Assembly: GCA_965238005.1 (NCBI GenBank)
Contig: OZ250165.1
Location: 800,001 to 864,000, forward strand
Reading direction: 5' to 3'
Source: Longimicrobiales bacterium
Lineage (GTDB): Bacteria; Gemmatimonadota; Gemmatimonadetes; Longimicrobiales; Gaopeijiaceae
Length of the DNA stretch: 64,000 nt
Numbering within the stretch: the stretch's first letter is position 1; each line of letters opens with the position of its first letter. The position numbers and the translations under genes are program-made. Positions 41,062 to 50,822 of the stretch are shown piece after piece. A model generated the notes under the pieces. That model was not told where the DNA came from and did no database searches. It saw only the letters and a program-made list of their open reading frames with translations.

Positions 41062-43101
41062 ATGAGGCCCTGGACGCTGGTCATCATCGGGGTGGCCCTG
41101 ACGGCGGCCACGGTCCGCGCGTTCCTGGCGCCGTTTCCGGGCATCGGCGGGAACCCCGTGCTGGACCTGATCGCCTACCACGATCCGGGCCTGCACACGG
41201 CGATCCACGTCTGGTACTACGCGGCGCCAGCCGTCGCGTTGCTGCTCGCCGGCAGCGTCTGCCTCTCGGTCTCGAGGGTCTGGCTCGAGCCGCGTACCCG
41301 GCGCGGCGCGCGCGGGAAGCTGCCCGCATGGCCCACCTCGCCCGGCGACGAGGCGCCCTCGCTCGTGATCGGCGAACTGCATCATCCGACCGTGCCGCGC
41401 GAGAGCGAGCGGCCGTCGTGGCTCGTCGTCCCGGAGAAGGGGCTCTACACCGGCGTCCTCATCGTCGGGGCCGTCGGCACCGGCAAGACCACCGCCTGCA
41501 TGTATCCGTTCGCCCAGCAGCTTCTCTCCTGGCGGGCGGACGATCCCGGCCGCCGTGCGGGCGCGCTCGTGCTTGAGGTCAAGGGCGACTTCTGTCATCA
41601 GGTCCGCCGCATCCTCGAGGACGCCGGGCGCGGGGACGACTACCTCGAAATCGGGCTCGACGGCTCCTGGCAGTGGAACCCGCTCGACGATCCGCTGCTC
41701 GATTCCTACTCGCTGGCCTACGGCGTCGCCTCCCTCATCAACCAGCTCTTCGGCAAGAGTCGAGAACCGTTCTGGCAGCAGGCGTACACCAACCTCGTGC
41801 GGTGGATCGTCGAACTGCACCGGCTCCTGCCGGGGGGCTGGGTCACGCTCCGGGACATCTACCGCTGCACCGTGGACGCGGAGTTGTTCGCTCACAAGAT
41901 CGGCGAGGCCCGCGAGATGGCCGACCGTATCTCTCCGGTGGACGCCGTCATCTCCAGCGACGACATGATCGCCCATGCGGAGGCGCTCAAGAAGTGGGAC
42001 TGGGCGCCGGTGCCCGGCACTGAACAGGTGCGCTGCCGGATGGACGCGGAGCTTCGGGCGCAGCTCGCGAAGCGCGAAGTCGCATGCGAGGTGGAAGCGG
42101 CCGCGGGAGGCGCGGGCGGCGAGTTCAGAGAGCAGGTCGAGGCCATCGAGCGGTGGTACCTGCACGACTGGACGGTGCTCGACGCTAAGCTCCGCACCTC
42201 GATCGTCGAGGGCATCAGCGTCTTCCTCTCGCTCTTCGACCAGCCCGAGGTCGCGGGCGTGTTCTGTCCGCCGCCGCCGGCCGGGGAGCAACCGCCGGAT
42301 GAAGCTACGCCGGACGAGAGCGACGACACCGAAGGCGCCGGCCATCCCATGCCGGGGCTCCGCCGACGGCTGCCGCCGCTCTCCGAACTGATCGAAGACG
42401 GACGGGTCCTCGCGCTCGACATGCCCGCCGGAGCGAACCCCGCGCTCGCCCGCGCCATCGGCGTGCTTCTCAAGAACGCCTGGATGCAGGCGCTGCTCCG
42501 GCGCCCCGCCGAACTGGCCCGGCGCCCCGACCGCTACATGCGACCCGCCGTCTTCATCTGCGACGAATACCAGGCGTTCGCCACCGTCGGGCAGGACGAC
42601 CCTTCGGGCGACGAGAAGGCGTTCGCGCTCACGCGCCAGTGCCGCTGCATCCCGATCGTCGCCACGCAGTCGATCTCCTCGCTCCGCTCCGTGCTGCCCT
42701 CGGGCGAGGCTTGGCGCACGCTCGTCCAGACGCTCCGCACGCGGATCTTCCTGTCGCTCTCCGACGAGGCGTCGGCGCGGGTCGCGTCCGAGATGTGCGG
42801 CTCCGTCATGAAGACGCAGGCCTCCTACACGTTCACCGAGAACACCGGCAGGCCCGAGTTCTCGCTCCTCTCCGGACGCGCCGGAGGCGGACGCGGCACG
42901 ATCGGCGCCAGCAAGTCGTTCCGCCAACAGAGGGAGCCGGTGTTCACGCCGCGCGAGTTCTCGCTGCTCGCGAACTACCAGGCGATCTGCCTGCCCTACG
43001 ACGGCGTCAAGTCGCTCCCCGCACGGCGCGTCTACCTCAAGCCGCACTACCTGCCGCGGGAGACGGGCTACTGGCGGCTCCGCGAGGAGGGACGGATATG
43101 A
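41062..43101 (+). CDS. virD4: VirD4/TraG-like coupling protein
   Basis: Two N-terminal TMs, GAVGTGKT, LEVKGD, WNPL, ICDEYQ, VATQS. Confidence 0.9.
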   Translation: MRPWTLVIIGVALTAATVRAFLAPFPGIGGNPVLDLIAYHDPGLHTAIHVWYYAAPAVALLLAGSVCLSVSRVWLEPRTRRGARGKLPAWPTSPGDEAPSLVIGELHHPTVPRESERPSWLVVPEKGLYTGVLIVGAVGTGKTTACMYPFAQQLLSWRADDPGRRAGALVLEVKGDFCHQVRRILEDAGRGDDYLEIGLDGSWQWNPLDDPLLDSYSLAYGVASLINQLFGKSREPFWQQAYTNLVRWIVELHRLLPGGWVTLRDIYRCTVDAELFAHKIGEAREMADRISPVDAVISSDDMIAHAEALKKWDWAPVPGTEQVRCRMDAELRAQLAKREVACEVEAAAGGAGGEFREQVEAIERWYLHDWTVLDAKLRTSIVEGISVFLSLFDQPEVAGVFCPPPPAGEQPPDEATPDESDDTEGAGHPMPGLRRRLPPLSELIEDGRVLALDMPAGANPALARAIGVLLKNAWMQALLRRPAELARRPDRYMRPAVFICDEYQAFATVGQDDPSGDEKAFALTRQCRCIPIVATQSISSLRSVLPSGEAWRTLVQTLRTRIFLSLSDEASARVASEMCGSVMKTQASYTFTENTGRPEFSLLSGRAGGGRGTIGASKSFRQQREPVFTPREFSLLANYQAICLPYDGVKSLPARRVYLKPHYLPRETGYWRLREEGRI

Positions 43102-44108
43102 AGCGCGCGAGCGGTGTCGGGCACCTCACCCCGTTCCTTCCGGGCCTGGAGGTGCTGCTCGAGGACCCGGAGGTCTCCGAGATCATGATCAACGGACCCG
43201 GCAACGTCTGGGTCGAGCGAGCCGGGAGACTGGAGCCCCACGACGCTCCCGCACTCACCGCCGCCTGGCTCCACCGCGCCGCAATCCACATCGCCCGGCC
43301 GCTCGGGCTCGATCCCGCCGCGCGGCCGATCCTCGACGCCCGGCTCGGCGACGGATCGCGGGTCGCCATCTGCACCCCGCCCGCGGCTCCCGAGGTCGCC
43401 ATCACCATCCGCCGGTTCGGGGGGCGCGCGTTCTCGCCCGAGGACTTGGTGACCATGGGCTCGCTGCCGGAGGCGGTCCTCCGGTCCGCCCGCACCACGC
43501 TTGCGTCCCGAAGGAACATCCTCGTCTCCGGGGGCACGGGGTCGGGCAAGACCACGCTCTTGAACGCGCTGATCGAACTGCTGCCCGAGGACGAGCGGAT
43601 CGTCGCGATCGAGGACACGCTCGAGCTCAGGATCGACCGCGCGAACTGCGTCCGGTTCGAGGCCGGGACGGTCGGCACCGAGACGCCGGTCTCGATCCGG
43701 GACCTGGTGCGCCACGCGCTCCGCCACCGGCCCGACCACATCGTCGTCGGCGAGGTCAGGGGCGCCGAGGCCGCCGACCTGCTCCAGGCGCTCAACACCG
43801 GGCACGGCGGATCGCTGACCACCGTGCACGCGAACAACGCCCGCTCCGCGCTCTCGCGGCTGGCGAGCTGCGCCATGCAGGCCGAGGGCGCGCTCCCCTG
43901 GGACGTCACCTGCCGGGGCGTCGTGGACGGTATCTCGCTCGTGCTCCACATCACCCGGCAACGGGGCCGGCGGTTCGTCGAGGAGGCCATCCAGGTCCAG
44001 GGCTACGACGCGGCCACCGGCCGCTGGGTCACCGAACCGATATCGAGCGGGGCGGCGAAGCCCCGGAAGAAGGAACAGACCCACACACCGAAGGAGGTGA
44101 ACGCATGA
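43098..44108 (+). CDS. virB11: VirB11/TrbB ATPase
   Basis: SEIMING, GGTGSGKTT, IEDTLEL, LRHRPDHIVVGEVRG, TGHGGSLTTVHA. Confidence 0.93.
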   Translation: MKRASGVGHLTPFLPGLEVLLEDPEVSEIMINGPGNVWVERAGRLEPHDAPALTAAWLHRAAIHIARPLGLDPAARPILDARLGDGSRVAICTPPAAPEVAITIRRFGGRAFSPEDLVTMGSLPEAVLRSARTTLASRRNILVSGGTGSGKTTLLNALIELLPEDERIVAIEDTLELRIDRANCVRFEAGTVGTETPVSIRDLVRHALRHRPDHIVVGEVRGAEAADLLQALNTGHGGSLTTVHANNARSALSRLASCAMQAEGALPWDVTCRGVVDGISLVLHITRQRGRRFVEEAIQVQGYDAATGRWVTEPISSGAAKPRKKEQTHTPKEVNA

Positions 44109-44302
44109 CGGGCAACGACACGACCATCCGCGTCGAGACGTTCGAAGACTTCGACCGCGAGCTCGCGCGCGACGGCGGCGAGACGCTCGAGGTCCCGGCC
44201 TACCTCGCCGAGCAGTACGGCCTCTTCCCCGAGGAGGTCGGGAGCGAGGACGACATCTTGGGCGCCGGCGCCGATCCGCACGGGGAGGAGGACGACCGAT
44301 GA
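44105..44302 (+). CDS. small acidic hypothetical protein (65 aa)
   Basis: AGGAGG RBS; ATGA overlaps on both sides. Confidence 0.7.
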   Translation: MTGNDTTIRVETFEDFDRELARDGGETLEVPAYLAEQYGLFPEEVGSEDDILGAGADPHGEEDDR

Positions 44303-45327
44303 AGCACGACGAGTATCACCGCGAGTTCGCCGACCGGGTCATCGAGCAGATCCGGCAGGGCACCGCCCCCTGGCAGAAGCCGTGGGCGCCGGGCGAGCGG
44401 GTGCTCCCCGCGAACGTGGACACCGACCGCTCCTATCGCGGCGGCAACAGCCTGCACCTGGCCGCCGTCCAGCAGGAGCGCGGCTACGGCGACGTGCGCT
44501 GGGGCACCTACCGCCAGATCCAGGCCCGGGGCGGACAGGTCAGGAAGGGCGAGACCGGCACCCGCATCCTCTCTTTTCAGGATCACAAGAGGACCCAAGT
44601 CACCGACGAGCGAGGCCGGCCCAGGAGGGACGCCGAGGGCAAGCGCGTCTACCGCTACGAGCGGCTCAAGGCGCCCTTCGTCCGCCAGTACACGGTGTTC
44701 AACGCCGAGCAGGCCGACGGGCTGCCCGCACGGTCCACCCCGACGCCCGAGCCGCTCTGGAAGACCCACCAGGAGGCCGAACGGGTGCTCGAAGACGGCG
44801 GGGTTCCGATACGCCACGTCGCGGGCGACCGCGCCTACTACCACATGAACCGCGACGAGGTCGTGCTCCCCGAACGGGGACAGTTCCCCTCCGCCAACCA
44901 CTACTACCAAACCGCGCTCCACGAGCTGGGCCACAGCACCGGCCACCCCGAGCGGATGAACCGCGAGACGCTCGTCGAAGGGATCAAGACCGGGTTCGGC
45001 TCGCCCGACTACGCGAAGGAGGAACTCCGGGCCGAAATCAGCGCCATGATGACGGGCGAGCGCGTGGGCGTCGGGCACGATCCGAGCCGGGGCGCCGCGT
45101 ACGTCGAGGGCTGGATCGCCGCGCTCGAGGAGGATCCCCGCGAGATCCGGCGCGCAGCGGCCGACGCGCAGAAGATCTCGGACTTCGTGCTTACTCGCCA
45201 CCGCGAGCGCCTGGCCGCACGGGATCCCGTGGCCGTGGCCGCGACCCGCGCGCCCGGACCCCAGCGGACCCCAGTACCCGTGCCGCCGCTCCCGACGCCC
45301 GAGCGCAGCTCCGGGCCGAGCCGCTGA
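44299..45327 (+). CDS. ardC: ArdC-like ssDNA-binding antirestriction protein with zincin domain
   Basis: PWQKPW, YRGGN, GGQVRKGE, VFNAEQ, LHELGHSTGH, YAKEELRAE. Confidence 0.92.
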   Translation: MKHDEYHREFADRVIEQIRQGTAPWQKPWAPGERVLPANVDTDRSYRGGNSLHLAAVQQERGYGDVRWGTYRQIQARGGQVRKGETGTRILSFQDHKRTQVTDERGRPRRDAEGKRVYRYERLKAPFVRQYTVFNAEQADGLPARSTPTPEPLWKTHQEAERVLEDGGVPIRHVAGDRAYYHMNRDEVVLPERGQFPSANHYYQTALHELGHSTGHPERMNRETLVEGIKTGFGSPDYAKEELRAEISAMMTGERVGVGHDPSRGAAYVEGWIAALEEDPREIRRAAADAQKISDFVLTRHRERLAARDPVAVAATRAPGPQRTPVPVPPLPTPERSSGPSR

Positions 45328-45334
45328 GCAACCG

Positions 45335-46234
45335 ATGAGAGGTAGGGAGATGTTCGACCGCACGGTCGAGGAGGACCCCCGTTCCGCCGCGCCACCCAGC
45401 CGCGAGAAGCAACGCATGCGGAACGGCCATCGTCGAGAATACGCCGCGGGCCGGGACGGCGGGTCCATCTCCTTCCCCGAACGGTGCGCCCGCGGACTTG
45501 CCGATATCGGCGTCTACGGCGCCGTCTCCTACCGCGACCTCGCCGAAGCCCGCTTCGGCGGCCATCCCCACACCACCAAGCGGGCCGTGAACGCCTGGGT
45601 ACGGGACGGGCTCGTCACCGAGACCCGGGCCACCGGACCCAAGGGCAATCCCTTCAAGGTCCTCTCCCTCACCCGCAATGGCGTGGCCAAGGCCCGGAAA
45701 CTCGCCGCCGAACGCGGGATGGATCCCGCACAGCAGATCCGGATCGCACGCACCAGGCCCGCCGAGGCCGCGCACGACACCGCCGTCTACCGCGCCTGCT
45801 GGAAGGAACGGCAGCGCCTCGTGGAACAGGGCGCCACCGTCAAGCGCGTCCGGCTCGACACCGAACTCAAGAGCGCCGTCGCGCGCGCGAGCGAGGCCGC
45901 CCGGCTCAAGAACGGCAAGCGGGCCGCCGATGCCGAACGGCACAGGATCGCCCAAGAGCTCGGCCTCCCCCTCGACGACGAGGGCCGCGTGCTCCACCCG
46001 GACGCGCAGATCGAGTACACGGACGCCGAAGGCCGGACCGGACGCGTCAACATCGAGGCCGTCTCCGGCAACTACCGCGAAGGGGCCGTCCGGGCCAAGG
46101 CCGCCGCCGGGTTCGCGCTCCACGCCAACGGGCCGGCCGCCGGGAAACTCCTCGGCAAGCTCGGCCTGGGCGGCGACGGCGGCTCCTGGCTGCGCGGACC
46201 CGCCGACCGCGACCCGGCCGCCGTCGAACTCTGA
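45335..46234 (+). CDS. replication-relaxation-family (relaxase-like) protein
   Basis: Winged-helix-like N-terminus, AAHD, PDAQIEY, VNIEA motifs; ICE context. Confidence 0.55.
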   Translation: MRGREMFDRTVEEDPRSAAPPSREKQRMRNGHRREYAAGRDGGSISFPERCARGLADIGVYGAVSYRDLAEARFGGHPHTTKRAVNAWVRDGLVTETRATGPKGNPFKVLSLTRNGVAKARKLAAERGMDPAQQIRIARTRPAEAAHDTAVYRACWKERQRLVEQGATVKRVRLDTELKSAVARASEAARLKNGKRAADAERHRIAQELGLPLDDEGRVLHPDAQIEYTDAEGRTGRVNIEAVSGNYREGAVRAKAAAGFALHANGPAAGKLLGKLGLGGDGGSWLRGPADRDPAAVEL

Positions 46235-46256
46235 CGACCCGGAGGACTTTTAGCCC

Positions 46257-46571
46257 ATGCAACCCTGGAAGATCAGCGCGGGACTTACCGCCGCAATCGC
46301 CGGTTCGGCCATGATCCTCGGCGGGCCGCGCCTCGAATACCTGTCGCCGTTCTGGCCGGTCATCCTCGCCGATTACGGCGTCCTGCTCTCCCTCCACATG
46401 GCCCTCGCGCTCGCGACCGTCGCGGCCGCCATCTACGCCGTCGCGCGCGCCACCGGGCTCGCCGACCTCGGACGCCGCGTCGATCTCGCCGAACGGTCCG
46501 TCCGGCGCGGCGCGGGGGATACGGGCCTCACCGAAGCGCTCCGCAGGGACGCCGAAGGCGACTGGGACTGA
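46257..46571 (+). CDS. small membrane protein
   Basis: GGAGG upstream; two hydrophobic segments. Confidence 0.65.
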   Translation: MQPWKISAGLTAAIAGSAMILGGPRLEYLSPFWPVILADYGVLLSLHMALALATVAAAIYAVARATGLADLGRRVDLAERSVRRGAGDTGLTEALRRDAEGDWD

Positions 46572-46577
46572 ACGCGC

Positions 46578-46967
46578 ATGAGAGAGCGAACGTCCGTCGA
46601 GACACTGCCCGCCAACTGGCGCAGGCACGCCAAGGCGCTCCGGCGCTACGGGGGCGAGACTCCGGCCACCGCGCTCGAGAGCTGCGCCGCCGAACTCGAA
46701 GCCACGCTCGTCGAAAGGGACGAGACCACCTTCTCGCTCGTCGAGGCGGCCACGGAGAGCGGATACTCCGCCGACCATCTCGGCCGCCTGGTCCGCGACG
46801 GCCGGATCCCCAACGCCGGACGCCCCGGCGCGCCCAGGATCGCACGCACGCACCTGCCACGGAAGGCCCATGCGCCGGCCGAGCCGCGACTGGCGGAGAA
46901 GCCCCGCCGTCGCGACGTTTCAAACGCGCAGATCGTGCAGTCCATCATCGAAAAAGGAATCGAATGA
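46578..46967 (+). CDS. excisionase-like HTH protein
   Basis: SLVEAATESGYSADHLGRLVRDGRIP; ATGA-coupled to the integrase. Confidence 0.7.
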   Translation: MRERTSVETLPANWRRHAKALRRYGGETPATALESCAAELEATLVERDETTFSLVEAATESGYSADHLGRLVRDGRIPNAGRPGAPRIARTHLPRKAHAPAEPRLAEKPRRRDVSNAQIVQSIIEKGIE

Positions 46968-48127
46968 TGGCACGCACGAAACGAGTCCGGCGCGGCTACA
47001 GCGCCGGCGAATGGGGCCGGAACCGGGTGAGGGTGTTCCCCGATCCCAAGACCGGCTTGTACCAGATCGAGTGGCGAGAGAACGGGCGCAGGCTCACCAG
47101 GTCGCTGAAGCACCGCGACTGGAGGCAGGCGAGGAGGCAGGCGGACGAGTTCGCCGCCGGGTTCGCCGGACCGGAGCTGAACGGCAAGAAGAACGCCGAG
47201 CCCGAGCCGCTCACCCTGGGAACGCTTTTTGACATCTACGGTGAAGAGGTGACGCCCACCAAGGGCCTGAGTTCGCGGCAGCACGACCGGACCGCGGCGA
47301 AGATGTTCCTCGGGTTCCTGGGAAGGAGCCGCGACCCGGCGACCTTGTCGCAGCGCGACTGGGACCGATTCATCCGGGCGCGCAGGGCGGGAAGCGTAGG
47401 CCCCAGCGGGAGGCCCGTGTCGGATCGGATGATCGAATACGACCTGAGGTACCTGATCTCGGTCCTCAACTGGGCTTCGAGGTCGAGGGACGAGCAGGGC
47501 CGCCTGCTCCTCGAGTCGAACCCGCTCAGGGGCCTGAAGATGCCCATGGAGAAGAACCCCACCCGGGTCGTTCTTTCCGAACACGAGTACCAAGCGCTTC
47601 TGAAGGTGTCCCAAGAGGTGGATTGGCGGTTCCATCTCGCGCTCGTGCTCGCGCACGAGACCGGACACCGCATCGGAGCCATCCGCAAGCTCCGGTGGTC
47701 CGACATCGACTTGGCACGCGAAACCATCCGGTGGCGCAGCGAGCACGAGAAGACCGGATACGAGCACCGGACGCCGGTGACCGCTGAAGCAATCGCAGCC
47801 TTGGAGTCGGCGCGGGGGCGGAACCCCGTGACCGGCAGCGCTCCGGTGCTGCCCTCGTCGAGGGACCCCTCGGTGAGTGTGGGCTCCTGGATCACCCGCG
47901 GTTGGTGGAAGAGGGCCGAAGGGCTCGCAGGTCTGGAGCCGAAACGCGGCCGCGGCTGGCACTCGCTGAGGCGGAAGTTCGCCTCCGATCTCATGGACCA
48001 GCCCCTCAAGGTGCTCTGCGAGTTGGGCGGCTGGAAGACGGCCAAGACCGTCCTCCAGTGTTATCAGCGGGCGGACGAGGGACAACTCAGGCAGGCGCTC
48101 GCAAACCGCCGGAGAGTTCGGACCTGA
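46964..48127 (+). CDS. tyrosine integrase of the ICE
   Basis: TGHRIGAI (R), HEKTG (K), WHSLRR, GGW, CYQ. Confidence 0.92.
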   Translation: MMARTKRVRRGYSAGEWGRNRVRVFPDPKTGLYQIEWRENGRRLTRSLKHRDWRQARRQADEFAAGFAGPELNGKKNAEPEPLTLGTLFDIYGEEVTPTKGLSSRQHDRTAAKMFLGFLGRSRDPATLSQRDWDRFIRARRAGSVGPSGRPVSDRMIEYDLRYLISVLNWASRSRDEQGRLLLESNPLRGLKMPMEKNPTRVVLSEHEYQALLKVSQEVDWRFHLALVLAHETGHRIGAIRKLRWSDIDLARETIRWRSEHEKTGYEHRTPVTAEAIAALESARGRNPVTGSAPVLPSSRDPSVSVGSWITRGWWKRAEGLAGLEPKRGRGWHSLRRKFASDLMDQPLKVLCELGGWKTAKTVLQCYQRADEGQLRQALANRRRVRT

Positions 48128-48134
48128 GCCCAAT

Positions 48135-48222
48135 TGGCGGGAATCAAACAGCGGGAATCCGACCGGTAAATCTCCTAAGTTCAATGATCACAACAGATCC
48201 GAATCCGAAAGCGGATGCTGGA
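48135..48222 (+). other. attR-like region
   Basis: Tandem gcgggaatc repeats and aaatctcctaagttcaat, both related to the 12861/57055 element. Confidence 0.55.
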
Positions 48223-49824
48223 TCAACAGAGGTCATCCGTTATATCGAGGATCATCACGACATCCTTCCTCTTCGACACACCATCGATACCCCTGTCACG
48301 GGGCTTCCACCGAGCCTCGTCGACGCCCTGCGCGTGTTCGTCTTGTCTAAGGCCATCCGGCTCGCTCGGGGCCACAGCGCCTTGCACTGCTCGATGCTTG
48401 TGAATGTATCGCGGTTCGTGAACGTCCAAGGCAAGATCGCCAACCGTTTGCATGAGCAGCTCCGCGACATCCAGAGTAGTGTACGGGTCAATGGCGCACT
48501 GTCGCAGACTAGGGCATTAAGTGATCCCGAGATGAACGCGCTGCATCGGCTCTGGCGTCGCGAGTTCAAGTCAACGGGTACAGGCTGGGACATTGTGCAG
48601 GGCCTGCTCCACAAGGCGGCGGCACAGATAAGAGTGGCACAGGTGAACAGTCAGTCGTCTGACAGCCTGTCGTACAAGGACCATCGGGACGTGGGGCTGA
48701 ATGTTGTGGCGGTGGGCGGCTATTCCCTCTCTCGAGGGCTCACACTCGAGGGGCTGACGACGAGCTATTTCCTCCGCAATTCGATCATGTACGACACCTT
48801 GATGCAGATGGGGAGATGGTTCGGGTACCGGCCAGGTTATGATGATCTCTGTCGGGTGTGGATGCCGGAGGAGGCAGAGGGCTGGTACGCCCATATCACC
48901 GAGTCGATCGAGCTGCTCCGAGATGAGCTCAGGAGCATGGAGGCCGTGAACGCGACTCCCCAGGAGTTTGGGCTGAAGGTCCGGAGTCACCCGGACACCC
49001 TCATCATCACGGCGCGCAATAAGATGGGATCGGGCGAACGTGTCGTCCAGCGAATCGGTCTGGGCAAGAAGTTTGTCGAGACGGCAATCCTTCGTCGGGA
49101 CCCCACCAGTTTGGGTCAGAACCTTGCTGCTGCCCGGCTTCTGGCAAAGCGGCTTGCTGTGGCCGGATGCCCCGTGCAAGAAGCCGAGCGGTGTGAAGGT
49201 GGCTGGCTCGTAAGGAAGGCGCCGGTCGACCCCGTATTCTCGTTTCTGCGGGAGTTCCAGAACCATGCAGGATCGATGCTGACCGATGGGAGTCCGATCC
49301 GACGATATATCAAGGAGCGTGAGAATGACGAGCTGTCGCATTGGGATATCTTGTTCACGAGCATTGCTTCAGACACGGACACATTGCGCGACGAATCGCT
49401 CGGTGTGTCTATCAACTGTCAGCGTCGGTCGGCCGGAAAGCGAAGTGACGAGCGGACCCTACTGATCACCGAGAAGCAACGGGTGGCATCACGTGGGGTT
49501 GAGAAGACTGGGCTGAGCCGGCCTGAAATTGAAAGAGTTGAACAACTCTACGAAGAGGAGAATCCGGGAAGGACGAACTACCCGGACCACATATACAGAG
49601 CAGCACGGACGTATCCTCTGCTGATCGTGCATCTGCTTCGCATTCTTCTCCCGGACAAGGGAGGTCCCGATGAGAGACATCCGGAACCGGTGGTCGCTTG
49701 GAGTATCAGTTTCCCGAAGACCGCCAGGGAGGAGGCCCGTGTGGAGTATGTGGTGACACCGACGTGGCTCCACGAGAACTACGCGACAGAGGTCGAGGAC
49801 GATGAGGGGACTGACGAGCAATGA
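48223..49824 (+). pseudogene. mzaC: Z1-domain protein (MzaC-like), 5'-truncated at the ICE end
   Basis: SMLVNVSRF, VGGYSLSRGLTLEGLTTSYFLRN, DTLMQMGRWFGYR; the N-terminal part with the helicase-like motifs is absent. Confidence 0.85.
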
Positions 49825-50822
49825 GTGAGGATCCGTGGAAGGATCTGGAGCCCCTCAGCAGCACAAGCGTTATCAGTGCTCGGCGTGTGGACGCGACGCT
49901 CCCGTGGAGCTTCTTCTGGGCGAGAGGGATCGACCGTCGCTGCATGCTGGTCCTTGAGCATGGGCTCGAAGCGAACCCGAAGAGCCGGTTTCCGACCCTA
50001 CGCGGAATCGAGATCTTCGAGTCCGAAGGTGAACGGGAGGAATCTCGAATGCTCGCCTTCAAGCTACTCGTCCCCGAACACCGAGACCTGTTCTATCGGT
50101 TGTGCCGGGACATTGTAGGGAGCACAAAGGCTGCTGCGACCGAACATCAGGCGGTCGAGGTCACGCTGGCGCGGACATGGCGATGGCACCACCTGTTGCG
50201 CGGTGGAGACGACGGCCGGCTGTCACTTGAGCAGCAAAAGGGACTCATCGGTGAACTCATGGTGCTCCGTGATTTACTGTTGCCGAGTCTCTCGGAGGCA
50301 GATGCCGTTTTGGCATGGCAAGGGCCGCTCGGCTCGCCGACGGACTTCGTCATAGGCAGGGTTTGTATCGAGGCGAAGGCGCGCCGGGGTGCGGCAAAGC
50401 CGTTCGTGGCGATCTCCACACCCGCGCAGTTGGACGGCAGTGGCCTAGACGCGCTCTTCCTGCACGTCGTGGAATTGGATCGGGCACCGCCGGATTCAGG
50501 GGAAGGTTTTTCGGTGACCGAGGTGGCGGGGCTCATTCGGGATCGGCTTGTACCCGGTCATCCAGCGATGGCGGACTTGTATGAGAATCTATTGGCCGCC
50601 GCGGGATTGCGTTGGGACGACGACTACTCGGACGTGCGATGGCTCGAAGGAGCAAGCCGTCTGTTTGTGGTCGAGGGAGAGTTCCCCCGGATCGTTCCCG
50701 CCGTGCTGCCTGCAGGGGTCACGAAGGTGGAGTACGCGATTTCGCTTGTGGAGTGCTCGGAGTACGAAACGGACCAGGCGGCCGTCATCCAAGCTCTTCG
50801 GGGGCCCCATCATGTCGACTGA
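49821..50822 (+). CDS. mzaD: PD-(D/E)XK nuclease-like protein, DUF4420 (MzaD-like)
   Basis: GLIGEL, WQGP, TDF, IEAK, IST..QLD; between Z1 and AIPR. Confidence 0.88.
   Translation: MSEDPWKDLEPLSSTSVISARRVDATLPWSFFWARGIDRRCMLVLEHGLEANPKSRFPTLRGIEIFESEGEREESRMLAFKLLVPEHRDLFYRLCRDIVGSTKAAATEHQAVEVTLARTWRWHHLLRGGDDGRLSLEQQKGLIGELMVLRDLLLPSLSEADAVLAWQGPLGSPTDFVIGRVCIEAKARRGAAKPFVAISTPAQLDGSGLDALFLHVVELDRAPPDSGEGFSVTEVAGLIRDRLVPGHPAMADLYENLLAAAGLRWDDDYSDVRWLEGASRLFVVEGEFPRIVPAVLPAGVTKVEYAISLVECSEYETDQAAVIQALRGPHHVD

Larger units (their letters stand above)
12845..48222 (+). mobile_element. probable ICE (VirB/D4 T4SS, relaxase-like gene, xis-int); boundaries inferred
   Basis: Conjugation module plus terminal integrase; att-like motifs at both ends, each abutting a truncated gene (istB left, Z1 right). 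Confidence 0.6.

Noticed and set aside
47902..48222. N-terminal extension making the Z1 gene look complete (640 aa)
   Set aside because: It overlaps the integrase and att-like DNA; Z1-like sequence begins only near 48225
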